Assembly: GCA_020629195.1 (NCBI GenBank)
Contig: JAHDDT010000002.1
Location: forward strand, 1,980-65,979
From: Hellea sp.
GTDB taxonomy: Bacteria > Pseudomonadota > Alphaproteobacteria > Caulobacterales > Maricaulaceae
Direction of reading: 5' to 3'
DNA length: 64,000 nt
Shown piece after piece: positions 9,361 to 19,696 of the stretch (positions within the stretch are counted from its first letter, which is position 1; every line of letters begins with the position of its first letter). The notes under the pieces are model-generated. The model had not been told where the DNA came from. It made no database searches and was given only the letters and a program-made list of their open reading frames with translations. The translations under genes were made by a program, and so were the position numbers.

Positions 9361-10938
9361 ATGAATGCCATGAAACAGACCCCAAAGCAGATGATGAGCC
9401 CGACACCTGGCGCGCCTGTACCGTTGCCTAATCCGACAAGAGCTCCCATGCCGGCCAACCCGCCTATGCCAATGGTTTCGCCACAGCCCATGCCCATGCC
9501 GAACCAGCAAGCGCCGCGTCAGAACATGCCGCCACAGCCTATGCCTCACATGCAGCCCGCTCCGCCAATGCCGCAACAAAATATGATGCAGCAAGCTCAT
9601 ATGCATGCGCAGCCTATAGCTTCAGCAGTTGTTCAGCCTTTGGAAGAATTAAACCGAGAAGGAGGTGATAAAGCTTTACCTCAAATTTCTATTCACGCAT
9701 TTTGTGATCGCCAAGAAACGGCAGGCGTTATCAACGAGTCTTCACGTGATTGGCGGATGAAACGCACGAATATGAAAATTTATATGGGCGGCCTCTCCTC
9801 TGCTATTGAATTTTATCATAAGGAAAACACGCCGAGCCTGATTTTGGTCGAGTCTGGCATGAGTGGTGCGGAGCTTTTCTCGCAACTAGAAGAGTTGGCC
9901 TCTGTATGTGACGCGGGCACAAAGGTTGTTATTATTGGAGCTGCCAATGATATTCGGCTATATCGCCAACTCATGGATAAGGGCGTTAGTGATTATATCG
10001 TCCCGCCATTTCATCCGATTAGTCTTATTCGGTCTATGGGAGAGCTTTATGCGGACCCTGATAAGCCTTTTATCGGTCGAGTTGCGGCCTTTTTCGGGGC
10101 TAAAGGTGGGGTCGGGTCATCTACCTTAGCGCATAATATTGCTTGGAGCCTTTCTGAACGCATTCAACAAGAGACAGCTTTGGTTGACCTTGATTGTTCA
10201 TGGGGAACGACAGGTCTGGATTTTGCCTATGACTCAAGCCAAGGCCTTGAAGAAGCTCTCGCTGAACCAGACCGCTTGGACGAAACATTGTTGGACCGGA
10301 TTATGATCCGCCACACACCTAAACTGTCTATTTTGCCTACGGCAAGCTCTCTAAACCAGAAAGCGGTTATGACGCCTGAAGCTTATGAAGCCGTTGTAAA
10401 TGGCGTTCGCTCTATCAGTCCGCTCACAATATTAGATATGCCGCATTATTGGTGCGATTGGACTACGAATGTTCTGATAAATTGCGATGATGTCGTTATT
10501 ACAGCAACACCTGACCTTGCTAATTTACGTAATACAAAAAATCTAGTCGATTTCCTTAGAGCTCAACGACCTAATGATGCGGAGCCTATACTCATCTTAA
10601 ACAAGACAGGTATGACAAAAAATTCTGAGATATCAGTAAAAGATTTTGCGTCGGCTGTGGGCCTAGAGCCTGCACTCGTTCTTGGGTTTGAGCCTGAGAT
10701 TTATTTTGAAGCGTCCAATGATGGTAAAATGTTGACGGAAGTGAAATCCGCCACGCAACTTGTAAATGGTATAGATTACATTGCTCAAAGATTGAAGACT
10801 GGAAGTTTCAACTCAAATACTTCAGGCGGAACTGCTAAAGCGTCATCTTTGCTAGGTAAACTCTCTAAGCCAAAAACTGACGGCGCTGGTAAAAAAGAGG
10901 GTAAGTCACTCTTTTCCTTCAAGAAAAAAGGAGCGTAA
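9361..10938 (+). CDS. cpaE: Pilus localisation protein CpaE/TadZ (receiver-like plus MinD/ParA-like) with Pro/Met/Gln-rich N-terminus
   Basis: NDIRLYRQLM..GVSDY, GAKGGVGSST, LVDLD; exact start uncertain (9340/9361/9370). Confidence 0.93.
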   Translation: MNAMKQTPKQMMSPTPGAPVPLPNPTRAPMPANPPMPMVSPQPMPMPNQQAPRQNMPPQPMPHMQPAPPMPQQNMMQQAHMHAQPIASAVVQPLEELNREGGDKALPQISIHAFCDRQETAGVINESSRDWRMKRTNMKIYMGGLSSAIEFYHKENTPSLILVESGMSGAELFSQLEELASVCDAGTKVVIIGAANDIRLYRQLMDKGVSDYIVPPFHPISLIRSMGELYADPDKPFIGRVAAFFGAKGGVGSSTLAHNIAWSLSERIQQETALVDLDCSWGTTGLDFAYDSSQGLEEALAEPDRLDETLLDRIMIRHTPKLSILPTASSLNQKAVMTPEAYEAVVNGVRSISPLTILDMPHYWCDWTTNVLINCDDVVITATPDLANLRNTKNLVDFLRAQRPNDAEPILILNKTGMTKNSEISVKDFASAVGLEPALVLGFEPEIYFEASNDGKMLTEVKSATQLVNGIDYIAQRLKTGSFNSNTSGGTAKASSLLGKLSKPKTDGAGKKEGKSLFSFKKKGA

Positions 10939-10944
10939 TCGCTC

Positions 10945-12354
10945 ATGTTTGGTAAGCGCGCAGAGACCAGCAGCGCGGCCCTAAAGGCGCCGCCATCCGC
11001 TGATAAAGAAATCGTAAAAAAAGTTGAGCCGACGGCGGCTGTTACGCCGCAGACTACCGCAGCAACTCGCGGGGGACCTTCTGAGGAGTATTACGAAACA
11101 AAAGCGACTATATTCAACGCTCTATTTGAGACGATCGATGTTACCGCCTTGGCAGGGATGCAGCCCAATAAAGCTCGTGATGAAATTCGAACTATTGTTG
11201 ATGAAATCATTGCAATCCGCAATGTCCGCTTGTCAGTCGCTGAACAAAACCAACTCATTACCGAGATTTGCGATGATATTTTAGGCTATGGGCCGTTAGA
11301 GCCGCTTTTGGCGCGTGATGATATTGCCGATATTATGGTCAATGGCGCTAAGCATGTCTTTATTGAAACCGGCGGTAAGATGCAGAAAACGAATATTCGT
11401 TTCCGCGACAATACCCAATTGATGAATATTTGTCAGCGGATTGTGTCTCAAGTGGGTCGCCGTGTTGATGAAGCCAGCCCGATATGTGACGCGCGTCTAC
11501 TGGACGGCTCGCGGGTTAACGTTATCGGGCCGCCCCTCGCAATTGATGGTCCTGCCCTTACCATTCGTAAATTTAAAAAGGACTCATTGCGACTGGGCGA
11601 TTTGGTGAATTTCAAATCTATCTCTCCTGCCGGCGCACGTGTTCTGGAAATTATTGGCGCTTGCCAATGTAACATTATCATTTCCGGTGGTACGGGTTCG
11701 GGTAAGACAACGCTGCTTAACTGTTTGACGAGTTTCATTCACCCCGACGAGCGTATCATTACTTGCGAAGACTCTGCTGAATTGCAGCTCCAGCAGCCAC
11801 ATGTTGTACGTCTTGAAACACGCCCGCCCAACCTGGAAGGTAAGGGTAAAGTCACCATGACGGATTTGGTGAAAAACTGTCTGCGGATGCGTCCTGAACG
11901 CATTATTGTGGGTGAGGTACGTGGACCCGAAGCCTTTGACTTGTTGCAAGCCATGAACACGGGCCATGATGGGTCAATGGGAACGCTCCATGCCAACTCG
12001 CCTCGCGAAGCTCTTTCTCGTATTGAGTCTATGATCACGATGGGTGGATTCTCTTTACCCGCCAAAACAATTCGTGAAATGATTACAGGGTCTGTCGATA
12101 TCATTGTGCAAGCGGCGCGTCTCCGGGATGGCTCTCGTCGCATTACGCATATTACTGAAGTTATCGGTATGGAAGGTGAAGTCATTGTAACACAAGATTT
12201 GCTAACCTATGAAATGGATGGTGAAGATGCGCAGGGCAACATTATTGGCGAGCACAAGTCCACAGGTATTGCCCGCCCAGTATTTTGGGATCGTGCGCGT
12301 TACTTTAACCTTGAAAAAGAGTTAGCCGAAGCCTTGGAAGCTGCTGGTAGTTAA
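10945..12354 (+). CDS. cpaF: Pilus motor ATPase CpaF/TadA
   Basis: Walker [41 protein letters not shown]. Confidence 0.97.
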   Translation: MFGKRAETSSAALKAPPSADKEIVKKVEPTAAVTPQTTAATRGGPSEEYYETKATIFNALFETIDVTALAGMQPNKARDEIRTIVDEIIAIRNVRLSVAEQNQLITEICDDILGYGPLEPLLARDDIADIMVNGAKHVFIETGGKMQKTNIRFRDNTQLMNICQRIVSQVGRRVDEASPICDARLLDGSRVNVIGPPLAIDGPALTIRKFKKDSLRLGDLVNFKSISPAGARVLEIIGACQCNIIISGGTGSGKTTLLNCLTSFIHPDERIITCEDSAELQLQQPHVVRLETRPPNLEGKGKVTMTDLVKNCLRMRPERIIVGEVRGPEAFDLLQAMNTGHDGSMGTLHANSPREALSRIESMITMGGFSLPAKTIREMITGSVDIIVQAARLRDGSRRITHITEVIGMEGEVIVTQDLLTYEMDGEDAQGNIIGEHKSTGIARPVFWDRARYFNLEKELAEALEAAGS

Positions 12355-12356
12355 GG

Positions 12357-13340
12357 ATGGAGCCGAATACTCTCATAGCATTAGCGGCAGCAGGAGGCAT
12401 ATTTTGCCTTGGCTTCTTACTGCTCGGTGATGGTCAGTCTAAAGGAGGCGCGCGCGTCAAGCAGCTTTCTGGTCAACAATCCTCCAAGAATAGTTTTTTG
12501 GCAAAATTAAAGTCTGAAGATGGTGGAAATCGCCGCAAGCAGATTGAAGAAACACTTGGCAAAATAGAAGAGCGTCAAAAGACCAAGAAGAAGAAAGCTA
12601 AAGCCCTTCCAGCGCGTTTGATTCAAGCGGATTGGTCGATGAAGCCTCAGACTTTCATGATTATGTCACTTGTAATTGCCGTTCTAGCTGGCGCTATTCC
12701 TTTTGCGCTCGGAATGAAACCTCTATTTTGTTTAGGACTAGCCGTAGGCCTTGGGTTTGGTATGCCGCGATTTATCTTAAACAGTTCAATTAATCGCCGC
12801 CAAAAGAAATTTACCTCTCACTTTGCGGATGCGATGGATATTATTGTTCGCGGTGTTAGGACAGGTCTGCCACTCGGAGACTGCTTAAAAATTATTGCAC
12901 ATGAGAGCCCAGACCCACTCGGAGCCGAGTTTCGCCGTGTCGTTGAGGCCGAGTCCGTTGGTTTGCCGCTCGAAGTCTGTCTTGAGCAAATGTATGAGCG
13001 TATGCCTATTTCAGAAGTGAATTTCTTCTCAACTGTTTTAAATATTCAAAAAACAACAGGTGGTAATTTAGGCGAAAGTCTATCAAATCTGGCCTCCGTT
13101 TTGCGGGGACGTAAATTGTTGCGTGAAAAAATTAAAGCGCTCTCTGCGGAAGCCAAAATGTCAGCCATTATTATCGGGGCTCTCCCAATATTTGTGGGGG
13201 GGTTGGTCACAGTTATTGCGCCAGATTACATGGAAGAGCTTTATACAACGCCGACGGGTCACAGAAATCTTATGATCGGCGCAGGTATGATGGTTCTTGG
13301 TACGCTCATGATGCGCAAAATGATTAACTTTAAGTTCTAG
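12357..13340 (+). CDS. tadB: T2SS-F family platform protein TadB/CpaG
   Basis: DAMDIIVRGVRTGLP, TGGNLGESL, KALSAEAK. Confidence 0.93.
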   Translation: MEPNTLIALAAAGGIFCLGFLLLGDGQSKGGARVKQLSGQQSSKNSFLAKLKSEDGGNRRKQIEETLGKIEERQKTKKKKAKALPARLIQADWSMKPQTFMIMSLVIAVLAGAIPFALGMKPLFCLGLAVGLGFGMPRFILNSSINRRQKKFTSHFADAMDIIVRGVRTGLPLGDCLKIIAHESPDPLGAEFRRVVEAESVGLPLEVCLEQMYERMPISEVNFFSTVLNIQKTTGGNLGESLSNLASVLRGRKLLREKIKALSAEAKMSAIIIGALPIFVGGLVTVIAPDYMEELYTTPTGHRNLMIGAGMMVLGTLMMRKMINFKF

Positions 13341-13350
13341 GGAGGCCGCT

Positions 13351-14313
13351 ATGGGTGCAGAGTCAATTGCAATGTTCCAGAATGCAGCCTACCTTGTGGT
13401 AGCTATCTTAGTTGTGGCGACACTCTATACAATTTTCAGCCCAATGCTTGAGGGTGATAAGCTTAAAAAGCGTATGGACTCTGTCGCAAGCGCTCGTGAG
13501 GGTTTGCGCAATAGCCGTATGGAGCAATTGAATAAAAAAGCGGGCCTTAGGACAGAGAGTAAGGGCTATATCAAGGACATGGTTGATAAACTGAGTCTTG
13601 AAAAATTACTTGAGGCTTCAGATCTTAGAGACAAGTTGGCGCAAGCGGGGATGCGCGGGCAAAAACCCATTTATACTTTTTATATCTTCAGACTAGTATT
13701 GCCGATCGCAGGTTTGCTTATCGGTTTGATCTTGTTCGTAGGGCTCAATATCTCTGAATGGCAAATGTTGCAACGTATCGCGATGACCGTGGCCTTAACG
13801 CTATTTGGATATTATCTTCCTGCCATCTTCGTTAAAAATGCAGCAGGTAAACGCTTAGCGTCTATTGTTCCTGTTTTCCCTGACGCGCTTGACCTACTAT
13901 TGATCTGCGTAGAATCGGGCATGTCAGTCGAGCTTGCTTTTAATAAGGTCGCCGAAGAAATGGCCGAAAACTCTGTGGAGCTCGCAGAGGAATTTTCACT
14001 CACAACAGCAGAATTATCTTTCCTAAGCAGCCGTCGCATGGCTTATGAAAATTTCGCGCGGCGCAATAATCATGTTGGTATGCGTTCAGTCGCAACAGCG
14101 CTAATTCAAGCTGAGCGTTATGGTACTCCACTAGGTGATACATTGCGGACTATGGCAAATGAAAACCGCCAGATGCGGGTTATGGCAGCTGAAAAGAAAG
14201 CCGCGGCTCTACCAGCTAAGCTGACCGTTCCGATGATCCTATTCTTCTTGCCAGTTCTGTTTATTGTTATCCTCACTCCAGCCTCTATGCGCCTCATGGG
14301 AGCCCTTAGTTAG
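13351..14313 (+). CDS. tadC: T2SS-F family platform protein TadC/CpaH
   Basis: FPDALDLLLICVESG, QAERYGTPL, AEKKAAALPAKLTVPMILFFLP. Confidence 0.94.
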   Translation: MGAESIAMFQNAAYLVVAILVVATLYTIFSPMLEGDKLKKRMDSVASAREGLRNSRMEQLNKKAGLRTESKGYIKDMVDKLSLEKLLEASDLRDKLAQAGMRGQKPIYTFYIFRLVLPIAGLLIGLILFVGLNISEWQMLQRIAMTVALTLFGYYLPAIFVKNAAGKRLASIVPVFPDALDLLLICVESGMSVELAFNKVAEEMAENSVELAEEFSLTTAELSFLSSRRMAYENFARRNNHVGMRSVATALIQAERYGTPLGDTLRTMANENRQMRVMAAEKKAAALPAKLTVPMILFFLPVLFIVILTPASMRLMGALS

Positions 14314-14346
14314 GAAACGCCAGTTTGTTCTGGAAACTTCGAGTAT

Positions 14347-14379
14347 AAAAAAAGCCGCTGATTAACGCAGCGGCTTTTT
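14347..14379. terminator. Bidirectional terminator between tadC and tadD
   Basis: A7-gccgctg-attaacg-cagcggc-T5 between convergent genes. Confidence 0.88.
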
Positions 14380-14398
14380 CATGAATAGTAAACAGGAT

Positions 14399-15709
14399 TT
14401 ATCTGCGGCGTCTGTTAGGCGCACGCCCCTGTTCTTGAATTTGCCCGTAATATTGCTGTTGCGTCGGTGCATAATTTTGAGAAGGTCGAGTTTGGTAACC
14501 TTGTGGATAGCTTTGAGGTACAGCACCAGCGAGCTGTGGCCCGCTAGCTTTTGGCCCAAGTCCACGCGAAATTTGCTCTAAGACTGAGCGTTGCTCTAAT
14601 GTAGGTTCGGGCGTGTCTTGAAGCGGCATGACGACCTTGCCGCGTTTGGATTGTTGTGCCGCGAGGCGGGCAGCATCAGAAGCTGTCATAGGGGAGCTGT
14701 TTCTGGCAAGACTTTCCCCATTAACAGAAGCCGTCCTATTTAATGAACGCGTTGGATATTGACCTGCTCCATATGTTTGGGTGCGAGCACTGCTTCTTTC
14801 GGAACTTGGGATACCGGATAATTGCTGTTGACTTGGCGCGGCTCTGCGCGGTTTATAAGTCTGAACTGTGGGGTATCCTTGGGGTGCAGCGCTTGTCTGT
14901 TTTTCATAAGCACCAAGACCAGATTTATAAGCCGTCGGTTGCTGTGCGCGTGAGCTCTGAGGGGCAGGTCGCAAATTGGGCGCAGTTTTTCGTCCCGCAT
15001 AACGTTTCGCTTCTTCGTCTTTGCCTTGCAGCTGTAATATGAGCGCTAAATTTTGACGGACAGATTGACTGGCCCCTGGGATAGAAACTGCGCGGCGTAG
15101 CCACCCTTCTGCTGTAACTGGATCGCCAGATAATGCAAAACTTAGCCCGACATTGGCCATCACATTCGGATCATGCGGCGTAATTTCTAGGGCTCTTGCA
15201 TAGTGTTTTCTGGCAAGGGCATAATCCTCTTGCTGATCAAGCGCAGCCCCTTTGAGAGACCAAAGTCGCGCATAACCCGGGGCAGTTCTTAAGGCGTCAT
15301 CTAAGGGTTTCATGGCTTCTTGTGCGCGCTCAGCTGCAATAAGGCCCGCCGCAAACTCCGCTGTCAGATAAGGATCGCGTGGATAAAGAGCCCGAGTTGT
15401 CTGCGCTATTTCAATAGCACGTTGCGGATTACCAAGTTTTCTGACAGCTGCTGATAGCTTGATGGCACTCTCAAGGTCTCCAGGATTTAATTCATACTCA
15501 CGCGACCAAAAGGCCGCTTGTGCGAAAAGCTCCTGCGTTTCAATGTTGTCACGCATCTCACGAGAAGCTGGCTGAAAATTAGACCCTTGAAGCGTTTCTG
15601 TCATTTCTTGTTCTGTGTCGGTATATCCTGGTGCAACTGCGCAGCCTGCTAAAGTGAAAGCAGATGCCGCCATCAGTAGTGTGACGCGTAGAGTAGATCT
15701 CAAAAACAT
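14399..15709 (-). CDS. tadD: TPR lipoprotein TadD/CpaO with long low-complexity C-terminus
   Basis: Lipobox LAGC; AQAAFWSREY, TPR repeats, NVGLS..LSG, VRQNLAL. Confidence 0.85.
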   Translation of the reverse strand: MFLRSTLRVTLLMAASAFTLAGCAVAPGYTDTEQEMTETLQGSNFQPASREMRDNIETQELFAQAAFWSREYELNPGDLESAIKLSAAVRKLGNPQRAIEIAQTTRALYPRDPYLTAEFAAGLIAAERAQEAMKPLDDALRTAPGYARLWSLKGAALDQQEDYALARKHYARALEITPHDPNVMANVGLSFALSGDPVTAEGWLRRAVSIPGASQSVRQNLALILQLQGKDEEAKRYAGRKTAPNLRPAPQSSRAQQPTAYKSGLGAYEKQTSAAPQGYPTVQTYKPRRAAPSQQQLSGIPSSERSSARTQTYGAGQYPTRSLNRTASVNGESLARNSSPMTASDAARLAAQQSKRGKVVMPLQDTPEPTLEQRSVLEQISRGLGPKASGPQLAGAVPQSYPQGYQTRPSQNYAPTQQQYYGQIQEQGRAPNRRRR

Positions 15710-15743
15710 AGAGTCTCCATAGGAAAACCACGGTTGCGCCGTG

Positions 15744-15792
15744 ATAAGATTTCGTTAACAAACGTAAACACAGACAGTTAACGAGACGTTAG
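15744..15792. promoter_or_regulatory. Two CtrA-like boxes in the tadD / aminopeptidase divergent region
   Basis: ATAA-N7-TTAAC (15744-15759) and TTAA-N7-TTAG (15778-15792). Confidence 0.6.
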
Positions 15793-15815
15793 CAAATTCA
15801 AGATGCGGAGCCCCA

Positions 15816-17228
15816 ATGTCAGCTATTTTTGCGACCCAAGATGATGTAACAGCTAGTGCCGTTGTTAGAGATATTTATATTGTAAGGCCCGATGAATGGT
15901 CTGACATGAAAGTAAATTTCACGGCTGCACAGCAAGCTTTTGCTGATGCCCGTCAGTTTTCAGGCGAAGCGGGGCAGAAAGTACAATTGCCTGATGATAA
16001 GGGCGCGATTGCATGTGTCCTTTATGGGGCTGGATCTGCGGAAAAAGACGTGCTGGGGCCTATGCGTGCTGGCGGTTTATCTGGGAGCTTGACTGCAGGG
16101 TATTATAGATATGCCAGCCTTCCCCAAGACTGGAACGTCACTTTGGCTGATGTAGCTTGGGGCGTTGGGGCTTACAAATTTGAAACTTACTTGCCTTCAA
16201 AAACAGAATTTCCCACTCTTATAGTCAACGAGTCTGATAGGCTTACAGAAACCCGTGCTTTATCGGATGCAACGCATCTATGCCGTGATCTTATAAACAC
16301 GCCCGCGGGAGATATGGGCCCGGAGGCCCTGCACCAACAAGCAAAAGATTTGGCTACAGAATATGGTGCGGATCTGACGGTGACGATGGGCGCTGACCTC
16401 TTGAAGGAAAATTTACCTATGATCCATGCCGTGGGTCGGGCTGCTCATGAAGCACCTCGATTAGTCGAGTTTGAATGGGGTGATAAAGACCATCCACGTC
16501 TTGCACTTATCGGTAAGGGGATTACCTTTGATACAGGTGGCCTAAATATAAAAAGTGCGTCAGGTGCACGTATTATGAAAAAAGATATGGGCGGGGCGGC
16601 TCATGCTTTGGCTTTGGCGAAAATGATTATGGCAAATAATTTGCCGATCCGTTTGCATTGCTTGGTTTCCATAGCTGAAAACGCAATTTCGGCAGGGGCG
16701 TATCGTCCGGGTGATATTCTGACATCCCGAGAAGGGCTCACTGTCGAGATTGATAACACGGATGCAGAAGGTCGACTGGTTTTGGGGGATGCCTTGACCA
16801 AAGCCGCTGAGTCAGAACCAGTTTTGATGATAGATTTTGCGACTTTGACGGGGGCGGCACGCGTGGCTTTGGGGCCGACATTACCGCCCTTTTTTAGTAA
16901 TCGTGAGGCTCCAGTTGCTGATGTCCTTGCACAGTCCAAACAGCAATTTGACCCTATCTGGCATATGCCCCTCTGGCAGCCTTATAATTCAATGCTTAGT
17001 TCTCCAATTGCCGATATGAAAAATTCAGGCGGAGGTTTCGCAGGCGCTGTCACAGCTGCACTCTTTTTAGAACGATTTGTTAAAGGGCGTCCATGGATGC
17101 ATTTTGATGTTTATGGTTGGTGCCCTACGTCATATCCTGGACATCCCAAAGGCGGTGATATGTTTGCGCTTCGCGGACTGTATCATTGGCTTAAAGCCGG
17201 CGGATTAAATGGTGACTTCTCGTCTTAA
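15816..17228 (+). CDS. Leucyl aminopeptidase, M17 family
   Basis: GKGITFDTGG, MKKDMGGAA, NTDAEGRL, ATLTGA. Confidence 0.95.
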   Translation: MSAIFATQDDVTASAVVRDIYIVRPDEWSDMKVNFTAAQQAFADARQFSGEAGQKVQLPDDKGAIACVLYGAGSAEKDVLGPMRAGGLSGSLTAGYYRYASLPQDWNVTLADVAWGVGAYKFETYLPSKTEFPTLIVNESDRLTETRALSDATHLCRDLINTPAGDMGPEALHQQAKDLATEYGADLTVTMGADLLKENLPMIHAVGRAAHEAPRLVEFEWGDKDHPRLALIGKGITFDTGGLNIKSASGARIMKKDMGGAAHALALAKMIMANNLPIRLHCLVSIAENAISAGAYRPGDILTSREGLTVEIDNTDAEGRLVLGDALTKAAESEPVLMIDFATLTGAARVALGPTLPPFFSNREAPVADVLAQSKQQFDPIWHMPLWQPYNSMLSSPIADMKNSGGGFAGAVTAALFLERFVKGRPWMHFDVYGWCPTSYPGHPKGGDMFALRGLYHWLKAGGLNGDFSS

Positions 17229-18299
17229 CGCTGTTGCGGCCCAACGGTTTATGTGACCTGAAATAGCTGCATGCGTCATAATAGCTATCAAAGTCGTCAC
17301 TGCGAGCGAAGTGCCGATAAGAGGCCACCCGTGAAGTTCTGGGTACATCAAGATAAGAATTTGCGACGTCGGCCAGTTGCCCAGATAAAGTCCTAAGACG
17401 ATATTAGGCCAATTGTTCATCCAGGCCGTGACACGCATAGGTGTCTGGATGATAATAATAGCGAGATAAGTCCAAAATAGAGTACCTACAATTTCAATAC
17501 CTGGTGTCCAAGGCAATATGAAATATTGAATAAGTGCCAAGCTTAACAGCGTCATAAGAGTCACGGTCTTACTCAAAGCCGTTTTGGGGAGTTTATCTTG
17601 CCAACCGTAAAGCGCAGCCCCCGCAAGGAAAGCATATGTCACCCGAAGACCAGCAAAAGCCGGGAAAGCCGCCTCAAAGTTGGTCTTGGCGGCAATATAA
17701 CCTGCTACGCCGTAAAATACAGTCGTAAGAACTGCTAATATCAAAAGTATATGCTTGGATTTCAGGATACCCATGCGCCATCCTATGGCCATAGATATAT
17801 GTGCAAGCGCACCCCACCGAAACGTCCAAATGGCTCCCTGTATCAGGCACATATATTTGGCATCATCTAACAGGCCGGGCAATCTGGCTCCTGGATCTAT
17901 GCATAGAACGGTCAGAAAAAAGTAGCGCGTTAGTTTTATAATTTCTTCTTTAAGAGGGGCGTCGGTGAGGCAGAAAATAGGATAAATGACAGTGACAGTC
18001 GCTAGTGTGAAAGCAATCAATAACGGTCCGTTACGTAAAATTCGCGACATTAAATACCGCATAGATGACCCATGCCGAGTCAGGCTACGAACAGCCAGAT
18101 AGCCTGAAAGACAGAATAAAATTTGAAGTCCAAACCAACTGGGATCATAGCCTAAATGCCGCAAGACTTCATATTGGTCATCCAAAGGTGACATAGTCGA
18201 GGCATAACCAATTGCGATCAATATAACTATGATCGTTCTAACAGCGTTTAAACGTGTTAAGGGCATTTGTGCCCATTTTTGTGTATCAGCTTGCTTCAT
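17205..18299 (-). CDS. Acyltransferase-3 (OafA-like) membrane O-acyltransferase
   Basis: LNAVR, FCLSGYL, SRILR..P, GAIWTF.W; about 10 TM segments. Confidence 0.8.
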   Translation of the reverse strand: MKQADTQKWAQMPLTRLNAVRTIIVILIAIGYASTMSPLDDQYEVLRHLGYDPSWFGLQILFCLSGYLAVRSLTRHGSSMRYLMSRILRNGPLLIAFTLATVTVIYPIFCLTDAPLKEEIIKLTRYFFLTVLCIDPGARLPGLLDDAKYMCLIQGAIWTFRWGALAHISMAIGWRMGILKSKHILLILAVLTTVFYGVAGYIAAKTNFEAAFPAFAGLRVTYAFLAGAALYGWQDKLPKTALSKTVTLMTLLSLALIQYFILPWTPGIEIVGTLFWTYLAIIIIQTPMRVTAWMNNWPNIVLGLYLGNWPTSQILILMYPELHGWPLIGTSLAVTTLIAIMTHAAISGHINRWAATALRREVTI

Positions 18300-18480
18300 G
18301 CTACCTTTTAAGCCCTTAGATCGTGGAAAAGCCTAACCCAAAAACATTAAAATTTACTTGTGTTTGAATCACTTAAGGCCGTGCAAGAAACGCACTGTGA
18401 ATTGCCGCTTGACCAAAGAATCACAGCTATGCGAGTCAGAAGATGTAAGTGATTTGTTTTGAGGGGAAATAACCAAATTT

Positions 18481-18861
18481 ATGTCTGGTTCAACTAGCAC
18501 AACCCGTATGAAGCGCAGTGAAGCACTTTCATTATGGCACCGCGTTACGCTTGAAACTGTGATTGCTCAGGGGCCAGATTTATCAACACGACAGCTAGCG
18601 ATACTCATGTCAGTTTATTTGGAAAGCACTAGTCATACAGTTAAATCTCTTTCTGAAAAACTAAATGTAACCAAGGCTGTCATTACAAGAGCTCTGGATA
18701 CGTTAAGTAAGCATGGTTTTGTGGCCCGCGCACCAGACCCGTCTGACAGACGTTCAGTTATCGTAACGCGAACATCGGGCGGTATTTTGTTTTTGCAGCG
18801 TTTTGCCGATATCATCCAATCTGAAATTCAATTGGATGCTGTCTCGCGCGTAGCCGCCTAG
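18481..18861 (+). CDS. MarR-family transcriptional regulator
   Basis: DLSTRQLAIL, KAVITRALDTL, DPSDRRSV winged helix. Confidence 0.9.
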   Translation: MSGSTSTTRMKRSEALSLWHRVTLETVIAQGPDLSTRQLAILMSVYLESTSHTVKSLSEKLNVTKAVITRALDTLSKHGFVARAPDPSDRRSVIVTRTSGGILFLQRFADIIQSEIQLDAVSRVAA

Positions 18862-19694
18862 TGAAGCCTTCAACAGATCCGCGCCTTATAATTCCGCGTC
18901 ATAAGGGGCCGCGCCTGTCCACACAGACAGTGACAGTGCCAATAGCCCCGCTCCACAGCAAAGCCTCAAGGCGTTCAGGTCAAGATACACAGCTACTATA
19001 TGGACATCACTTTGATGTTTATGAGACGAAAAAAGGCTGGGTATGGGGACAGGCTAAATCACCTGTCAAAGGCTCAAAAGAGAAGGGGTATGTTGGTTTC
19101 ATGCCTTCACGCTTTCTAGAAAACAATAAAATCAGAGCCAGTCATATTGTAACGGCTTTGAAGGCTCCGATGTTTTCAGCGCCAGATATAAAAAGTCATA
19201 TCGTGCAATCCTTACCTATGGGGGCACATATTAAGGCGCAGAAAGAACATCTTGATTTCTTCCAAATTGGGGCCGGTGGATATATTCATCGTAACCATGT
19301 GAGAGCAATGTCAGAGCGCCCCACCATTTTAGACTATACCAAAGTGGCTGAGGCGCATTTGGGCTTACCTTACGTGTGGGGCGGGGTCAGCACAGACGGC
19401 CTTGATTGTTCAGGTTTAGTTTTATCCGCGTTGCGCGCGATAGGCCGTGATGCTTTGCGAGATACAGATATGATGGAAGCTACGCTTGGGCACAATCTGC
19501 GGGTTACTCAACGCGGCTTAAAGCGAGGTGATTTAATTTTTTGGAAGGGCCATGTTGGAATCATGCAAACATCAGGACGGCTTCTACATGCAAATGCTTA
19601 TCACATGACTGTGTTCAGCGAGCCCTTACGCGAAGCAGTACACCGTATAATGGAAAGTGGAGGTGGCCAAATAACCGCTATTAAGCGATTATAA
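18861..19694 (+). CDS. NlpC/P60 (C40) peptidase with SH3-like domains
   Basis: GLPYVWGG..GLDCSGL, GDLIFWKGHVG, LHANA. Confidence 0.93.
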   Translation: MKPSTDPRLIIPRHKGPRLSTQTVTVPIAPLHSKASRRSGQDTQLLYGHHFDVYETKKGWVWGQAKSPVKGSKEKGYVGFMPSRFLENNKIRASHIVTALKAPMFSAPDIKSHIVQSLPMGAHIKAQKEHLDFFQIGAGGYIHRNHVRAMSERPTILDYTKVAEAHLGLPYVWGGVSTDGLDCSGLVLSALRAIGRDALRDTDMMEATLGHNLRVTQRGLKRGDLIFWKGHVGIMQTSGRLLHANAYHMTVFSEPLREAVHRIMESGGGQITAIKRL

Positions 19695-19696
19695 CA

